Numbered from the stretch's first letter, positions 51,342 through 63,064 are shown. The stretch is 64,000 bases of DNA from Chrysomallon squamiferum (GCA_012295275.1 CM022675.1:682001-746000); one strand, 5' to 3'. A program made the numbers and translations. The notes: generated by a model not told the origin, from the letters alone.

Positions 51342-52463
51342 TTAACAATGTTTTGAACCCAGGTTAGGGTAACTGCCTCTTGCAAAGGAATACGTATCGT
51401 ACTTTGACCTCTGACTTGTGAATCTTGTACACAGAAAAATTCTGTGAAAACTCAATCGTACATGACTGTTAAAACTGTAATACAAAAACGGGTTCATCAT
51501 GGAGTTAATGAAACCCAGCCACAGGGCCACAGTCCAGGGTATGTACGGTATCTGGTACCCTATCACCGGGTCAGCTATGTTAAACACAAAAAACGGGAAC
51601 CAGCACAGACTGAAACAACCCATGATGATGCCGAGAGTTTTTGCTGCTTTTGTCTCTTTCTTCTGACTTCTTGTCAGCTTTTGAATTTCTAACATCTGCC
51701 TCATTGCACACTGATAAATTTTCCAGTAGCAGTTCATCATAAATACTACAGGAATATAAAAAGCAATAGACGAGCAAATGAAGGCAAACTCCTTGTTGAC
51801 AAAGAACACACAGACGTTTTCTGGAGGAAGAACACACGAGATAAAATCTTCTATTCCGATAGTGTTCCACTTGTTCATAATGGGAACGAAGGAGATGAAG
51901 ACGGGAATTACCCAGCATGCACAAATCATAGTAGCCACGAATTCTGCAGTGAGTTTCTGGTGGAGAAACGGGTAACAAATAGCCAGGAACCTGTCTATGC
52001 ACAGACAAAACAGATGCAGAATTGAAACGGTGCAAAACATGACGTCGAGGCTGGTTGCTACGAGACAGAACGTTTCTCCCAGGTACCAGTTCTTGTTCGT
52101 GTACTGCTGGTAAATCGCGAACGGCATCACCAGGACGCCCACGCCGATGTCCGACAACGCCAACGACACGACAAAGGCGCTGGTGTAGTTCCTGAGAGCA
52201 TTGGACGTCGCTATGGCAAAGATGAGAAGAATATTTCCAAAAACGCACACTATCTCAAAGCATGCAAGTATGATCACAATCGTGACTCGAACCCTGAAAT
52301 CATACACAGGCGGCGGGCCCGCGGACTTCGCTAAAATCTCGTCACAGTTTTCATCCGTGTTCTCTGACATGTTAACTTCTCTAATTAAGCTCTGAATAAC
52401 TCTGTCTGTCTGATCCTTCTCTGACATTTTAACTTCTCTAATTAAGCTCTGATCCTGCCACAT
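51342..52463 (-). CDS. R3: intronless 5-HT4-like aminergic GPCR (paralog-aligned start at 52370)
   Basis: 7 TM; SLDVMFC, DRF, WLGF, NPFLY; in-frame ATGs at 52463, 52427 and 52370. Confidence 0.93.
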   Translation of the reverse strand: MWQDQSLIREVKMSEKDQTDRVIQSLIREVNMSENTDENCDEILAKSAGPPPVYDFRVRVTIVIILACFEIVCVFGNILLIFAIATSNALRNYTSAFVVSLALSDIGVGVLVMPFAIYQQYTNKNWYLGETFCLVATSLDVMFCTVSILHLFCLCIDRFLAICYPFLHQKLTAEFVATMICACWVIPVFISFVPIMNKWNTIGIEDFISCVLPPENVCVFFVNKEFAFICSSIAFYIPVVFMMNCYWKIYQCAMRQMLEIQKLTRSQKKETKAAKTLGIIMGCFSLCWFPFFVFNIADPVIGYQIPYIPWTVALWLGFINSMMNPFLYYSFNSHVRLSFHRIFLCTRFTSQRSKYDTYSFARGSYPNLGSKHC

Positions 52464-52613
52464 TCCACGATTTACAGAAGAAAATGTTTTTGTACCATCC
52501 ACTTTCGAGGATTAATTCAAAGCGTTGTTGTATCAACTTCGAATTTCTTACTTACTGTGTCAGTAATCCTTCTTAAGAATTTCAAGGTTAGTTAGTCTCT
52601 TTTGCAAATTAAG

Positions 52614-52650
<37 letters not shown>

Positions 52651-52792
52651 TTAATGTTCAGTTGGCAAACTTTTCCAAGTTATAGAAGCTTCTCAATCTT
52701 TCCATATCATCGAGACTGCCTGGCAGAAAAACAAAGTAATGGAGATTTAAAAAATAAATAAATAAAATAAAATAAAATAAAATAAAACAAAA

Positions 52793-52827
<35 letters not shown>

Positions 52828-52852
52828 ATGAAATTAATTAATTAACTTAAGA

Positions 52853-52911
<59 letters not shown>

Positions 52912-53554
52912 GTTCCATACATGTTCCATATATGGTCATATAATTATTGCTAAATGCCATAAAACATATTTCACTATTAACATCATGTGTTTAAATTTTG
53001 TTTTACTTTGAATGATAAGGATTTTGAATTACTGTGTAACACTCTCACCCCTTACAAAATTAATGTTCTGTACCTTTCAGTTTTCTTTCATTCCTCATTG
53101 GTTACTGATGATACAACTTGTCGATTGCTTCACCAGAGATCACAAGGATTTTCTCTTCAGAGAAAACAGATTTCTTGAAACCAAAATAGCTCAAGAAAGA
53201 ACTTCCTCTGAATATTAATAATCTTAATCTGAATATAAAACTTCCGACTTCGTAGAATATTTTCTACGTATGAACGCGTTTGTTCACGTGCAAGTCAGCC
53301 AGTGTTGCTTAGATGACGTTCAGACATGAAAACGGAATTACGTCATTTTCTTATTCCCCTTCTGAGGTCACTGACATTGTTTTTAATGGTTACGTGTCCA
53401 TTAATGATATCATATCTATAGATTTAATATTTACTTCTAATGTCAGTGTCGTATTATTCATAATTAGTCCATGGTTTTATTTATTTATTTACTTATTTTT
53501 TGGCTATGTAGTCGAAGTGTAGTAGTAAAAGTAGTAATAATTCTAGATATAATA

Positions 53555-53849
53555 CAGGTACCGGACCAATTCCGGATTTCTGGAATTTCCCGGATTTCTG
53601 GTACCAAGACATCTAAATACGTAAATAATTAGACATAAACATTTTAAAATTAAATACATAAAGAAAATTGACGACACTCAACTGTAGCGACTCGATACGT
53701 AAACAATGCGGCGAGTGAATGAACGCCACGCGGCTTGAAAGAGTAGTTCCGGTCTGGTGAGAACAACACCCGCGCGCGCGAACTATGAAAATAGCGTCGG
53801 GACAAGAAACTTCCGGATTTTAGGACGCCGGTTAATTGGCCCGGTACCT

Positions 53850-53850
<1 letters not shown>
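53555..53850. mobile_element. 296-bp MITE, Tc1/mariner-type
   Basis: TIRs CAGGTACCGGACCAATT and AATTGGCCCGGTACCTG (16/17 match), TA on both flanks, subterminal TCCGGATTT repeats, no coding capacity. Confidence 0.85.
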
Positions 53851-53888
<38 letters not shown>

Positions 53889-54752
53889 ATAGTCATAGTA
53901 TTAGTAGTACAAGAAATAGAAGTAGATGTAGTAGTAATTGTAGCAGCATCAGAACAGGAGTTGTAGTATTTAATTATTACAGTAACAAATGCATAACTGA
54001 CGATGAGTTTAATGTACACTTTTCTCTGACTTCTGGTGATTTTAGTAAAAAAACATGACAGTTAAATTTAGAAGGAATTGTCACACAGTTACTGCATATT
54101 ATTATTGTTGTTGTTGTTGTTATTATTATTGCTGTTGTTGTAGTTGTTGTATTTGTTTACACACGTACACTGTCTTTCTATTTGTCTGTTAAGTTTATTT
54201 TTATTATGGTTGAAACTATACCAGTATAGTAAATCTGCACTGGGAAGTTTGAACAAACAAACAAAGACACAAATACAACCAACGAAACTTATAAAGATAA
54301 AACAAAATATATAGAAGATTCTTTTGCACTTTTTCAAAAATTCAGTTTCTAGAAATAAACAAGTATGCTTAATCTAACTTTGTTTATGCTGCACAGATTT
54401 AAACAACATTTAAAAAAAAACAACAACAAAGAAACAAATAATCTCGTTCATTTGGCCAAATCTTTATTCTTGTGTAAATCACTTTAAGACTGGCGTGCCA
54501 CGATTTCAGAAAGAAAGAAAGTCGTAAATGTTTATGACGATGATGATTGATTGAGGTGTTGACGTGCCATCTGTTAGTTTCGTTAAAACAATAATGTCAC
54601 CACGTTGCTGCTGTCGACGTTTCCAAAGACGAAACTCGCTCGTTTGTTGACGTCGTGCGTCTGATGAAAACCTGCAAAATGACGCAAACTCGTTGATCAG
54701 TTGACTTCGACTACGAGTCGCACTGCCGATGTTACAGTTTCGAAAACCGTAT

Positions 54753-54778
54753 CTGACGTGTTAGTACGCACGTCTTGA

Positions 54779-54809
<31 letters not shown>

Positions 54810-54935
54810 TGATGGCAAGTTCACGTCATCGCTGTCGAGATTTCATAAAACGTAACTGACGTATTAGTACGCACGTCTCGATGGTGATGATGATGATGAT
54901 GGCAAGTTCACGTCATCGCTGTCGAGGTTTCATAA
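54753..54935. repeat. Tandem duplication of the last R4 codons plus the start of its 3'UTR
   Basis: CTGACGT.TTAGTACGCACGTCT..(GAT)n..GGCAAGTTCACGTCATCGCTGTCGAG.TTTCATAA at 54753-54848 and 54856-54935. Confidence 0.85.
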
Positions 54936-55978
54936 GACATGAGTCGCATGGACCGTGACGACGACGACTGCTTTCCCGACTCCACAATGAGGCTCTGAAG
55001 CCACGGTTCGTCTACCAAGTCTTTGCGGCAGGCCTGACAGGGCCAGATCTTGCGAAAGCCGTGTCTGAAAGCCGGGTTGAAGTAGTAGAAGAGAAAAGGG
55101 TTCAGCATGGAGTTCATGTAACCCAGCCAGAGCGCCACAGTCCACGGCACGTAGGGAATCTTGTACCCGAGCATGGGATCCGTCACGTTGAAAATGAAAA
55201 ACGGAAACCAGCACAGACTGAAACAGCCCATGATTATGCACAGAGTCTTGGCCGCTTTCGTTTCCTTCTGGTGGATCTTGGTTACTTTTTCAATTTCGAA
55301 TTTTTGTTTCCTGGCGCAGATATAAATTTTCCAATAGCAGACCATCATAACTACAACAGGAATGTAGAAGGCGATGATCGAGCAAGTAAAAGCGTACGTT
55401 ATGTTTACGTAGAAGGCACAGACGTTTTCTGGAGGAAGAACGCACGCGATAAAATCTTCTATACCGATAGTGTTCCACTTGTTCATAATGGGAACGAAGG
55501 AAATAAAGACTGGGGTGACCCAGCAGCAGAAAACCATGATTGCCACTATTTCTATAGTGAGTTTCACGTGGTGAAACGGGTAACAAATAGCCAGGAACCT
55601 GTCTATACACAGACAAAACAGATGCAGAATTGAAACGGAGCAGAACATGACGTCGAAGCTGGTGGCCACGAGGCAGAACGTTTCTCCCAGGTACCAGTTC
55701 TTGTCGGTGTACTGCTGGTAGTTCGAGAACGACATCACCACCGTCCCAACGCAAATGTCGGACACGGCGAGCGACACGACGAAGACGTTGGTTCTGTTCT
55801 GGAGTCGCTTGGAGGAGCGTATCGCCAGGATGAGGATGACGTTGCCACTGATGCAGACGATCTGAAAGCAGGACAGAACGGCGGTGATGAACATGCGGAT
55901 TTCATAGGGGTACTCCGGCGGTGGAGCCGCAGTGTTGGCGATGATGTCGTCACACTCTGACGTCGTTCCGTTTGACAT
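54908..55978 (-). CDS. R4: intronless 5-HT4-like aminergic GPCR
   Basis: 7 TM; SFDVMFC, DRF, ETKAAKTLCIIMGCF (as in vertebrate 5-HT4), WLGY, NPFLF. Confidence 0.94.
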   Translation of the reverse strand: MSNGTTSECDDIIANTAAPPPEYPYEIRMFITAVLSCFQIVCISGNVILILAIRSSKRLQNRTNVFVVSLAVSDICVGTVVMSFSNYQQYTDKNWYLGETFCLVATSFDVMFCSVSILHLFCLCIDRFLAICYPFHHVKLTIEIVAIMVFCCWVTPVFISFVPIMNKWNTIGIEDFIACVLPPENVCAFYVNITYAFTCSIIAFYIPVVVMMVCYWKIYICARKQKFEIEKVTKIHQKETKAAKTLCIIMGCFSLCWFPFFIFNVTDPMLGYKIPYVPWTVALWLGYMNSMLNPFLFYYFNPAFRHGFRKIWPCQACRKDLVDEPWLQSLIVESGKQSSSSRSMRLMSYETSTAMT

Positions 55979-56211
55979 CTTTCACGAAGAAGGTTAACAT
56001 TAGGTCAAAATGTCGAGATTCTTTCAGACATTTCTGACTACAGAAGAAGAAATCAGTGTTAAAGAATAATTAAACTAGAGTCTAACGTCTTTCAACTCTC
56101 TAACTTTCATTTAGGTTTTAACTCCTTAATTCTATTATTGTTTATTTTTTTTAAATTTTATTTTATTATTATTTTTTTTTATTATTATTTAAATTATTTG
56201 ATTTGGTTTTT

Positions 56212-56242
<31 letters not shown>

Positions 56243-56589
56243 TTTGTTTGTTTTATTTTATTTTATATTATTTTATTTTATTTATTTGATCTTAATTAAA
56301 CTAATTTATTTATGTATGTATGCGTATTTTTTATTATAATCATTATTATCATTTTTCTTCTTCTTTACATTTCTATTTTATATTTATTATTGATAGTCAA
56401 AATGAGTACACACATCATGATACTGAGACTGAACACATACACAATGATACTCAAAGTGAGTACATACACGAGGACGCTCAATGAGCAAAAGCAACAAGAT
56501 AACTCAGAATGAATACAAGGAAGTATAAACACAAACACTGGATTACTCAGATAAACATTTTCTCTACTGGCGGTACAGTTCTGTACAAA

Positions 56590-56785
56590 CTCAGATTCTC
56601 TGCATAAAAACTAGATTCTCTGTATGAACAGATTCTCTGCATAAAAACTAGATTCTCTGTATGAACATATTCTCTGTATGAACATATTCTCTGTATGAAC
56701 ACAGATTCTCTGCATAAAAACTAGATTCTCTGCATAAAAACTAGATTCTCTGTATGAACACAGATTCTCTGTATGAACACAAAAT
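56590..56785. repeat. 17-20-bp minisatellite (AGATTCTCTGCATAAAAACT / AGATTCTCTGTATGAAC) between divergent R4 and R5
   Basis: About 10 units of two interspersed variants. Confidence 0.85.
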
Positions 56786-57359
56786 TTTCTTTACGAACAC
56801 ACGGATTATCACAGAACAGATTAACGTATATGTTGCATTACGTGACAAATGGAGGGACTCTCGAGGATCGATCATGCAGTCTTTCACCCCTCGGTACACA
56901 ACTCTAACTTCACAGTACAAACCTGTAAAACTAATTTGTTTTTTGTTTCGTTTAGAAAAATCACGTAAACTAACTGTACTAAATTAATTTGTCGTAAATG
57001 ACGTAAACCAATAACATCACCTCCGGTCAACAAAATTAAACGTCACTGGGACGTCATAACTTGCCATCATATAAACAAGTGAATGAAAAACAAATATCAT
57101 GAAAAGGCAGTCACGTCTATAACTGGAATTAATAACATTAAGAGGAATATTTTGGAGATCTTTCTGAGATGGAAATATTTCAGAAAGAGGGTTATGAAAT
57201 AATTACTCTAAATATGGAAAGTGAAAGAAGAAAACTTGGAAACGACGACTCTAGGTAATGTGATTCGTTGTCAAGTTTGGTTTAAACAGCTTTAGATGTT
57301 CAAACATCAATGGTTAATATCTGAAACAGGAATATACTATTTGCGATGTGAGGAAGATT

Positions 57360-58523
57360 ATGTCTGACAATACGACATCGAACTGTGACGACATCATACT
57401 CGACGTGGCCAATCCACCGCCTTCTTACAGCCGCGGTGTCTGCATATTCATCACCATTGTACTCCTGTGTCTTCTTTTTATTTGTATTGCAGGAAACCTC
57501 TTTCTCGTTGTTTCTATAGCAACGTGGAGAAAACTTCAAAATCGTACCGGTTTTTTTGTATTTTCCTTAGCTGTGGCTGATATTGGTGTGGCCGTCTTTG
57601 CGATGCCTTTCGCGATATACCAGCAGTACACAAACAAGAAATGGTATCTCGGGAAAACGTTCTGCCTCGTAGCTACTAGCCTCGATGTGATGTTTTGCAC
57701 GGTGTCCATCCTGCATTTGTTGTGTTTGTGCATAGACAGATACTTGGCTGTCTGCCACCCGTTCGTGTACTTAAAACTCAGTAAAGCCAAAGAAGCGGCG
57801 ATGCTAGCTTTCTGCTGGGTCGTCCCCATCTTTATTTCGTTTGTTCCGATAATGAACAAATGGCACACCATCGGCATAGAAGATTTGATAGCGTGTTTGG
57901 CTGACGACGATGAAGTGTGTGTTTACATTGTTAACAGGGAATTCGCTTTTATTGGGTCGTTCGTTGCCTTTTACATTCCTATCACATTCATGGTAATCGG
58001 ATATTGGAAGACACATCAGAGGATTGCAGGACGAAAACTGTTCATGAAACAAGCAACACGATTTCAAACCCGAGAGAACAAAACAACGAAAACGCTTTTT
58101 ATAATTATGGGATGTTTCAGTTTGTGTTGGTTTCCGTTTTTCATTTTAAACTTGGCTGATCCTCTGCTTGGGTATAAGATACCCTACGAAGCGTGGACTG
58201 TTGCCTTGTGGATGGGTTACCTCAATTCTCTGATAAATCCATTTTTATATTACAAATTCAACAGTAACTTCAAGTTCGGCTACATTCTGCTGCTACACCG
58301 CACGTTCTTGGGGCGGTTTGACGACAGACTGTGGGGAAGACGAGTGTCTCTGCTCGTCATGTCTTCCGTCTCGTTTTTCCTTCGTTCAAGTTCGGAGAAG
58401 AAAAATTCAGCTCCGGATATCATCGATCTGGAGCCGAACAAAACCGACATAGACGTCAACAGAACCGACTTTGACAACAACAGAACAGACTTCGAAACCT
58501 ACAAAACTGAGACGGACAAATGA
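57360..58523 (+). CDS. R5: intronless 5-HT4-like aminergic GPCR
   Basis: 7 TM; SLDVMFC, DRY, AFYIP, KTTKTL, CWFPFF, WMGY, NPFLY; ATG at 57360. Confidence 0.94.
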   Translation: MSDNTTSNCDDIILDVANPPPSYSRGVCIFITIVLLCLLFICIAGNLFLVVSIATWRKLQNRTGFFVFSLAVADIGVAVFAMPFAIYQQYTNKKWYLGKTFCLVATSLDVMFCTVSILHLLCLCIDRYLAVCHPFVYLKLSKAKEAAMLAFCWVVPIFISFVPIMNKWHTIGIEDLIACLADDDEVCVYIVNREFAFIGSFVAFYIPITFMVIGYWKTHQRIAGRKLFMKQATRFQTRENKTTKTLFIIMGCFSLCWFPFFILNLADPLLGYKIPYEAWTVALWMGYLNSLINPFLYYKFNSNFKFGYILLLHRTFLGRFDDRLWGRRVSLLVMSSVSFFLRSSSEKKNSAPDIIDLEPNKTDIDVNRTDFDNNRTDFETYKTETDK

Positions 58524-59407
58524 TGTTAACAAAACTGAAATCGACATCGCCGGTAACAGACAAAAAGCTCGTCTGATAAATAAATAATTTTAATAATTAC
58601 AGTGAGAGTATATAATTTATATTATACTGTGGCAGATAAATAAAAATATTTCGATATGATAAACAGTTTTTGTTGCTTAATCTGATGTGAGTAATTTTTG
58701 GTGTATGTGTGTATGCGAGTATATATATATATATATCTGTGTATGTCTGAGTGTCAGTGTGTCTGTAATCGGATCAATTTTCCAGTAAAATTCCTGGTTA
58801 GGTTACTTTCTGTCTTTACTGCGTACAAAAGGGAACAATGCAGACACTTGTAACACGCCTGTATTGGCAGACGTCACACTGACGGAAGACATTTTGTTTT
58901 TCGTGTCTGCGAAGAAACCGCCCAGTTTTCTGCAGTGTTCACGAGAAGGGAAGAAGAAGAAAAGACATCGTTTTAAATTATATTATCAAAAATAACAAAA
59001 TTAATGTATTTTTCTGTAACTAGGTAGCAGATCAGTAAAATATAATGACAAAAACCGAAATCATATTATAAACTTTTACGTCTTAAATAAACAATAAAAT
59101 TAAAAAAATATGTTTACTACTAACTAGTCGTTTATGTCCGATAGCTACCATATACGTCAGTTCGTTGAGTTTTTGGAAGACCCGTAGCTACAACAGAGAA
59201 TGTCAAATAAAAAAAAAATTAAAAAATTAAAACTAAACTAATTACTCCTGTATACAGAAATTAATAATGGCTTCCTGCTGACGCGAAAGTCACCGCAAAA
59301 CGTACTCAGTTTACTTCTGTCATTAGTACTTCTACTACAACTGCTATCACTGCTACTAGAACCACTACTACGTCCACTGATGCTGTTGCTGCAGCTACTA
59401 CTAACCC

Positions 59408-59445
<38 letters not shown>

Positions 59446-60261
59446 TCTGTGAAGCGACATTATATGAATAGAGATTAATTTGACGTCAGTATTACTATTA
59501 TTGTGTCGATGTGTACGTCACTGTTATTAAAACATTGGTACTTCGAGTTTATAAAAATAAATAAATAAATAAAATAAATATGAAATAAAATAAAATAAAT
59601 AAATAAATACACAGAGACAAAATAAATAAATAAATAAATAAGTAAAATAAAATAAAATAAATAAATAAGTAGTTTCGTTAATCGAGATAAACTATTCAGG
59701 TAGAAACGTCATAGCTATCTCGCTTTCTATTTCCGGTTGTGTACAATATCTTAAAGAACTTAAACGTTAAACCAACGTGACAGGGGTTGTTGTTTGATCA
59801 GTTGTTTTTGCAGTTTATTTGAAAGGGGACCGATTTTATGGTGAGCTATCCATTAAAAAAAATATATCTTTGTTTATTTACTTTCATTAACAGTTAACTT
59901 TACAAGAAGATTTCAAAGTAATACGTATGAAGAAAATATTGAAATTTTAAAAAACTTGCACATTAAAACCATAATCTTCTTCGTTTTATTGTTGTTTTTC
60001 ATTTGTTCTGAAAAATTTATTTAATACAGTTCGTATTTTTGACTGTTTGCCCCCATTGTTTTTAGAGAAATAACAAAAGTTACGTTTGTTGAAAAATTTT
60101 GAAATTCAGATAAGGCGATATTAAAGAAACAGATTGAACGAAGAAACGAATTTTGCATACTTTGAAATCATTATTTTGAGTATTTCTAGCGACATTGTTT
60201 AATGATAATGAAGTTCGACAATAAAATTCGTGACGTCATTCACATATTAAAGGCTACAGAA

Positions 60262-60313
<52 letters not shown>

Positions 60314-60605
60314 TTTATTTATTTATTTATTTATTTATTTATGTATTAAAGTTAGGTTGAGGCATTCAGTTTAATAGATTTTGTGAATAGATACCAAGTC
60401 TGATTATTTTACAAGCATGTGTATTTTATTGTCTGGATGTGTCTATTTGTATGTATGTATGCGTGTATGTGTGTGTAGGTGTGTATGTGTGTTCATGTGT
60501 TCGTGCATATGTGTGCAGTTTGTAGGAATGAGGCTTTTTCTTCTTTTTCAGTTCTTTTCTTTACTTCTCCTTATAATTCCCTATTAAATAACTGCTGCAT
60601 TCTTT

Positions 60606-60663
<58 letters not shown>

Positions 60664-61189
60664 GTTGTTTATTACTATTAAAGATATTATTATTATTATT
60701 CATTCACTCATTCATTCATTTATTCGTGGTTTTTTGAAATTATATTTCAGACTGTACCTCTATAAGTGGGAATCTGTTAATATGTACAAAATATACAACA
60801 TATTATGGATGAACACAATTTAGTGTTGACAAGAAACTAATACTGTTTTTGTTTTTTCACCATGGGAACGCGGGGTTTTTTCACATATAGTTTAGCATAA
60901 TAAAACTGTACTTTTGACATTTACAACCGACAAATTAATTTTATTTTCTCCAGCCCTGGGTGATTTTGACAGTTTTGAATCAAAGTAAAGGAACGAAAGA
61001 AAACAGAAATAAACAAAGAAAGGAACGTCAGTACAAAAAAGAGAGAAAGAGGAAATATAAGAGGGGAAAAATAAAGTTTAACAGCAACAACCAAAGAAAG
61101 GAAAGAAAAAAGGAAAATAAAGAAAAATGAAAACAAAAAGAAAGAAAAGAAAGGAGCAAAGCACAAAATAATAGTAAAGATGCATCTGG

Positions 61190-61448
61190 AAACAACGTAA
61201 CAGACTGAGTTGATACGTTATCGGAAAAAACGTAACAGACTGAGTTGATACGTTATCGGAAACAACGTAACAGGCTGAGTTGATACGTTATCGGAAAAAA
61301 CGTAACAGACTGAGTTGATACGTTATCGGAAATCAACGTAGCAGACTTAGTTTATACGTTATCGGAAATCAGAGTAACAGACTGAGTTGATACGTTATCG
61401 GAAATAACGTAACAGACTGAGTTGATACGTTATCGGAAACCAACGTAA
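61190..61448. repeat. 35-bp minisatellite (CGTAACAGACTGAGTTGATACGTTATCGGAAACAA) just upstream of R6
   Basis: 7 units plus a partial at 61196, 61231, 61266, 61301, 61337, 61373, 61408. Confidence 0.93.
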
Positions 61449-61513
61449 AAGGTTTACTAAGGAAATGAACATAACAGACTTCGCCATTGGAAACCAGTGA
61501 AATAGATTTTACT

Positions 61514-62779
61514 ATGAAAATGAACACAACGGACTTTTCGTCAATGAACAGGACATCTAAAGAGGAATTTTGTAAAGGGGTACTCTCAAGCACAGAATCC
61601 CCGCCTCCAAGTTTAAGCAAAGACACGCGGATCATAATAACAGTCTTGTTGAGTGTTGTCGTTCTGCTTGGAATTGTGGGAAACGTACTGGTTATCCTGG
61701 CTGTGAGAATGTCGTCTAGGACGCTTTCTCTCACCCTCGTCTTCATCATCTCGCTGGCCACCGCAGACCTGGGCGTTGCCGTCTTGGTGATGCCGTTCGA
61801 CATTTACAGACAGTACAACAACGGCGTGTGGGAACTCGGAGAAAACGTGTGTCTCGTCGTCAGCAGCCTGGACATCATGCTGTGCACGTCGTCGATTTAT
61901 CACTTGTGCTGCCTCGCTTTCGATCGCTATCTTACCATCTGCCTGCCGTTCGTTCGTCTACACATGTCAGAAATGGGAATGGAGGCGTTGCTTGTAATCG
62001 TTTGGGTGGTGCCCGCGGTTCTGTCGTTCGGTCCCTTGTTCCAGAAGTGGAATATTATTGGAATAGAAGACATGGTTGACTGCATTAAATTTTTCTCTGA
62101 CAACAAAGCATGCATGCTTCTGGTCAACAAGGAGTTCGCTCTCATAGGTTCTTCCATTTCTTTCTTTATCCCCATCGTCTTCATGGCAGTGATGAACTGG
62201 AAAATCTACAGAACGGCCATTATTCACATCGAGCGTATTAAGAAAATCGACAGGAATCCGCTGTACCTGCGAGACACCCAGGCCGCCAAGACGCTGGGGA
62301 TCATCATGCTGTGCATCAGCGTCTGCTGGTTTCCTTTCTTCATCTGCAACGTCATCGACCCGCTTACAGGCTACGGCATTTCGGGCGAGGTGTGGTCGAC
62401 TGTGCTGTGGCTGGGCTACATCAACTCCGTGATCAATCCGTTTCTCTACTACGCGTTCAATCGTTCGCTGAGAAGCTCTTTCCACAGGATGCTGCCGGAA
62501 TGCTGTGGCTGCCGCGAACAGAAGCCAAAGAGGTCGTCGTCACTGACAGTGACGGCGTCCGTGTCCTCGCAGTCGCAGTTTCCCAGTCGTGTGTTGCCGG
62601 GACATCTGGAACATTTCCAAAAGGCGATGAAAACGAAGGAAAGTGCCAGTGTGATTACTTTACACAGCAACGTTAGCTTCCACAACGTCACGCCGCAGGT
62701 GGACGACAGCGAGGCCCCTGCTAATTCCGCGGAGCTGCACGTGCCGCCGTTGCGTGGTTCACATCCTTCTAATAAATAA
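61514..62779 (+). CDS. R6: intronless 5-HT4-like aminergic GPCR (most divergent)
   Basis: 7 TM; SLDIMLC, DRY, SFFIP, QAAKTL, CWFPFF, NVIDP, WLGYINSVINPFLY; ATG at 61514. Confidence 0.94.
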   Translation: MKMNTTDFSSMNRTSKEEFCKGVLSSTESPPPSLSKDTRIIITVLLSVVVLLGIVGNVLVILAVRMSSRTLSLTLVFIISLATADLGVAVLVMPFDIYRQYNNGVWELGENVCLVVSSLDIMLCTSSIYHLCCLAFDRYLTICLPFVRLHMSEMGMEALLVIVWVVPAVLSFGPLFQKWNIIGIEDMVDCIKFFSDNKACMLLVNKEFALIGSSISFFIPIVFMAVMNWKIYRTAIIHIERIKKIDRNPLYLRDTQAAKTLGIIMLCISVCWFPFFICNVIDPLTGYGISGEVWSTVLWLGYINSVINPFLYYAFNRSLRSSFHRMLPECCGCREQKPKRSSSLTVTASVSSQSQFPSRVLPGHLEHFQKAMKTKESASVITLHSNVSFHNVTPQVDDSEAPANSAELHVPPLRGSHPSNK

Positions 62780-63064
62780 ATAAATATGTACATAAATAAT
62801 AAGACTTTCTGAAGGACATTATTACTACGTGATTCCATGGATGAAATCAGTTCCAGGAGCATTTACTCCAGATTTTCTAAGATGGATAATGGAAGCATAT
62901 GTTGTCAGCCTTAATATAAAGAAATGACGTCACTGATAGTATAGACGGATGACGTCACTGACGGTGTTAGTTGTGTTGCCAGCGTGGACTGCTTGAACGT
63001 TTTTGTATAAGAATATTTATTTATAAACACACACACACATACACACGCACGCACACACACATAC

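Noticed and set aside
61190-61448. CRISPR-like 35-bp repeats
   Set aside because: Units are head-to-tail with no unique spacers, no cas genes, eukaryotic context
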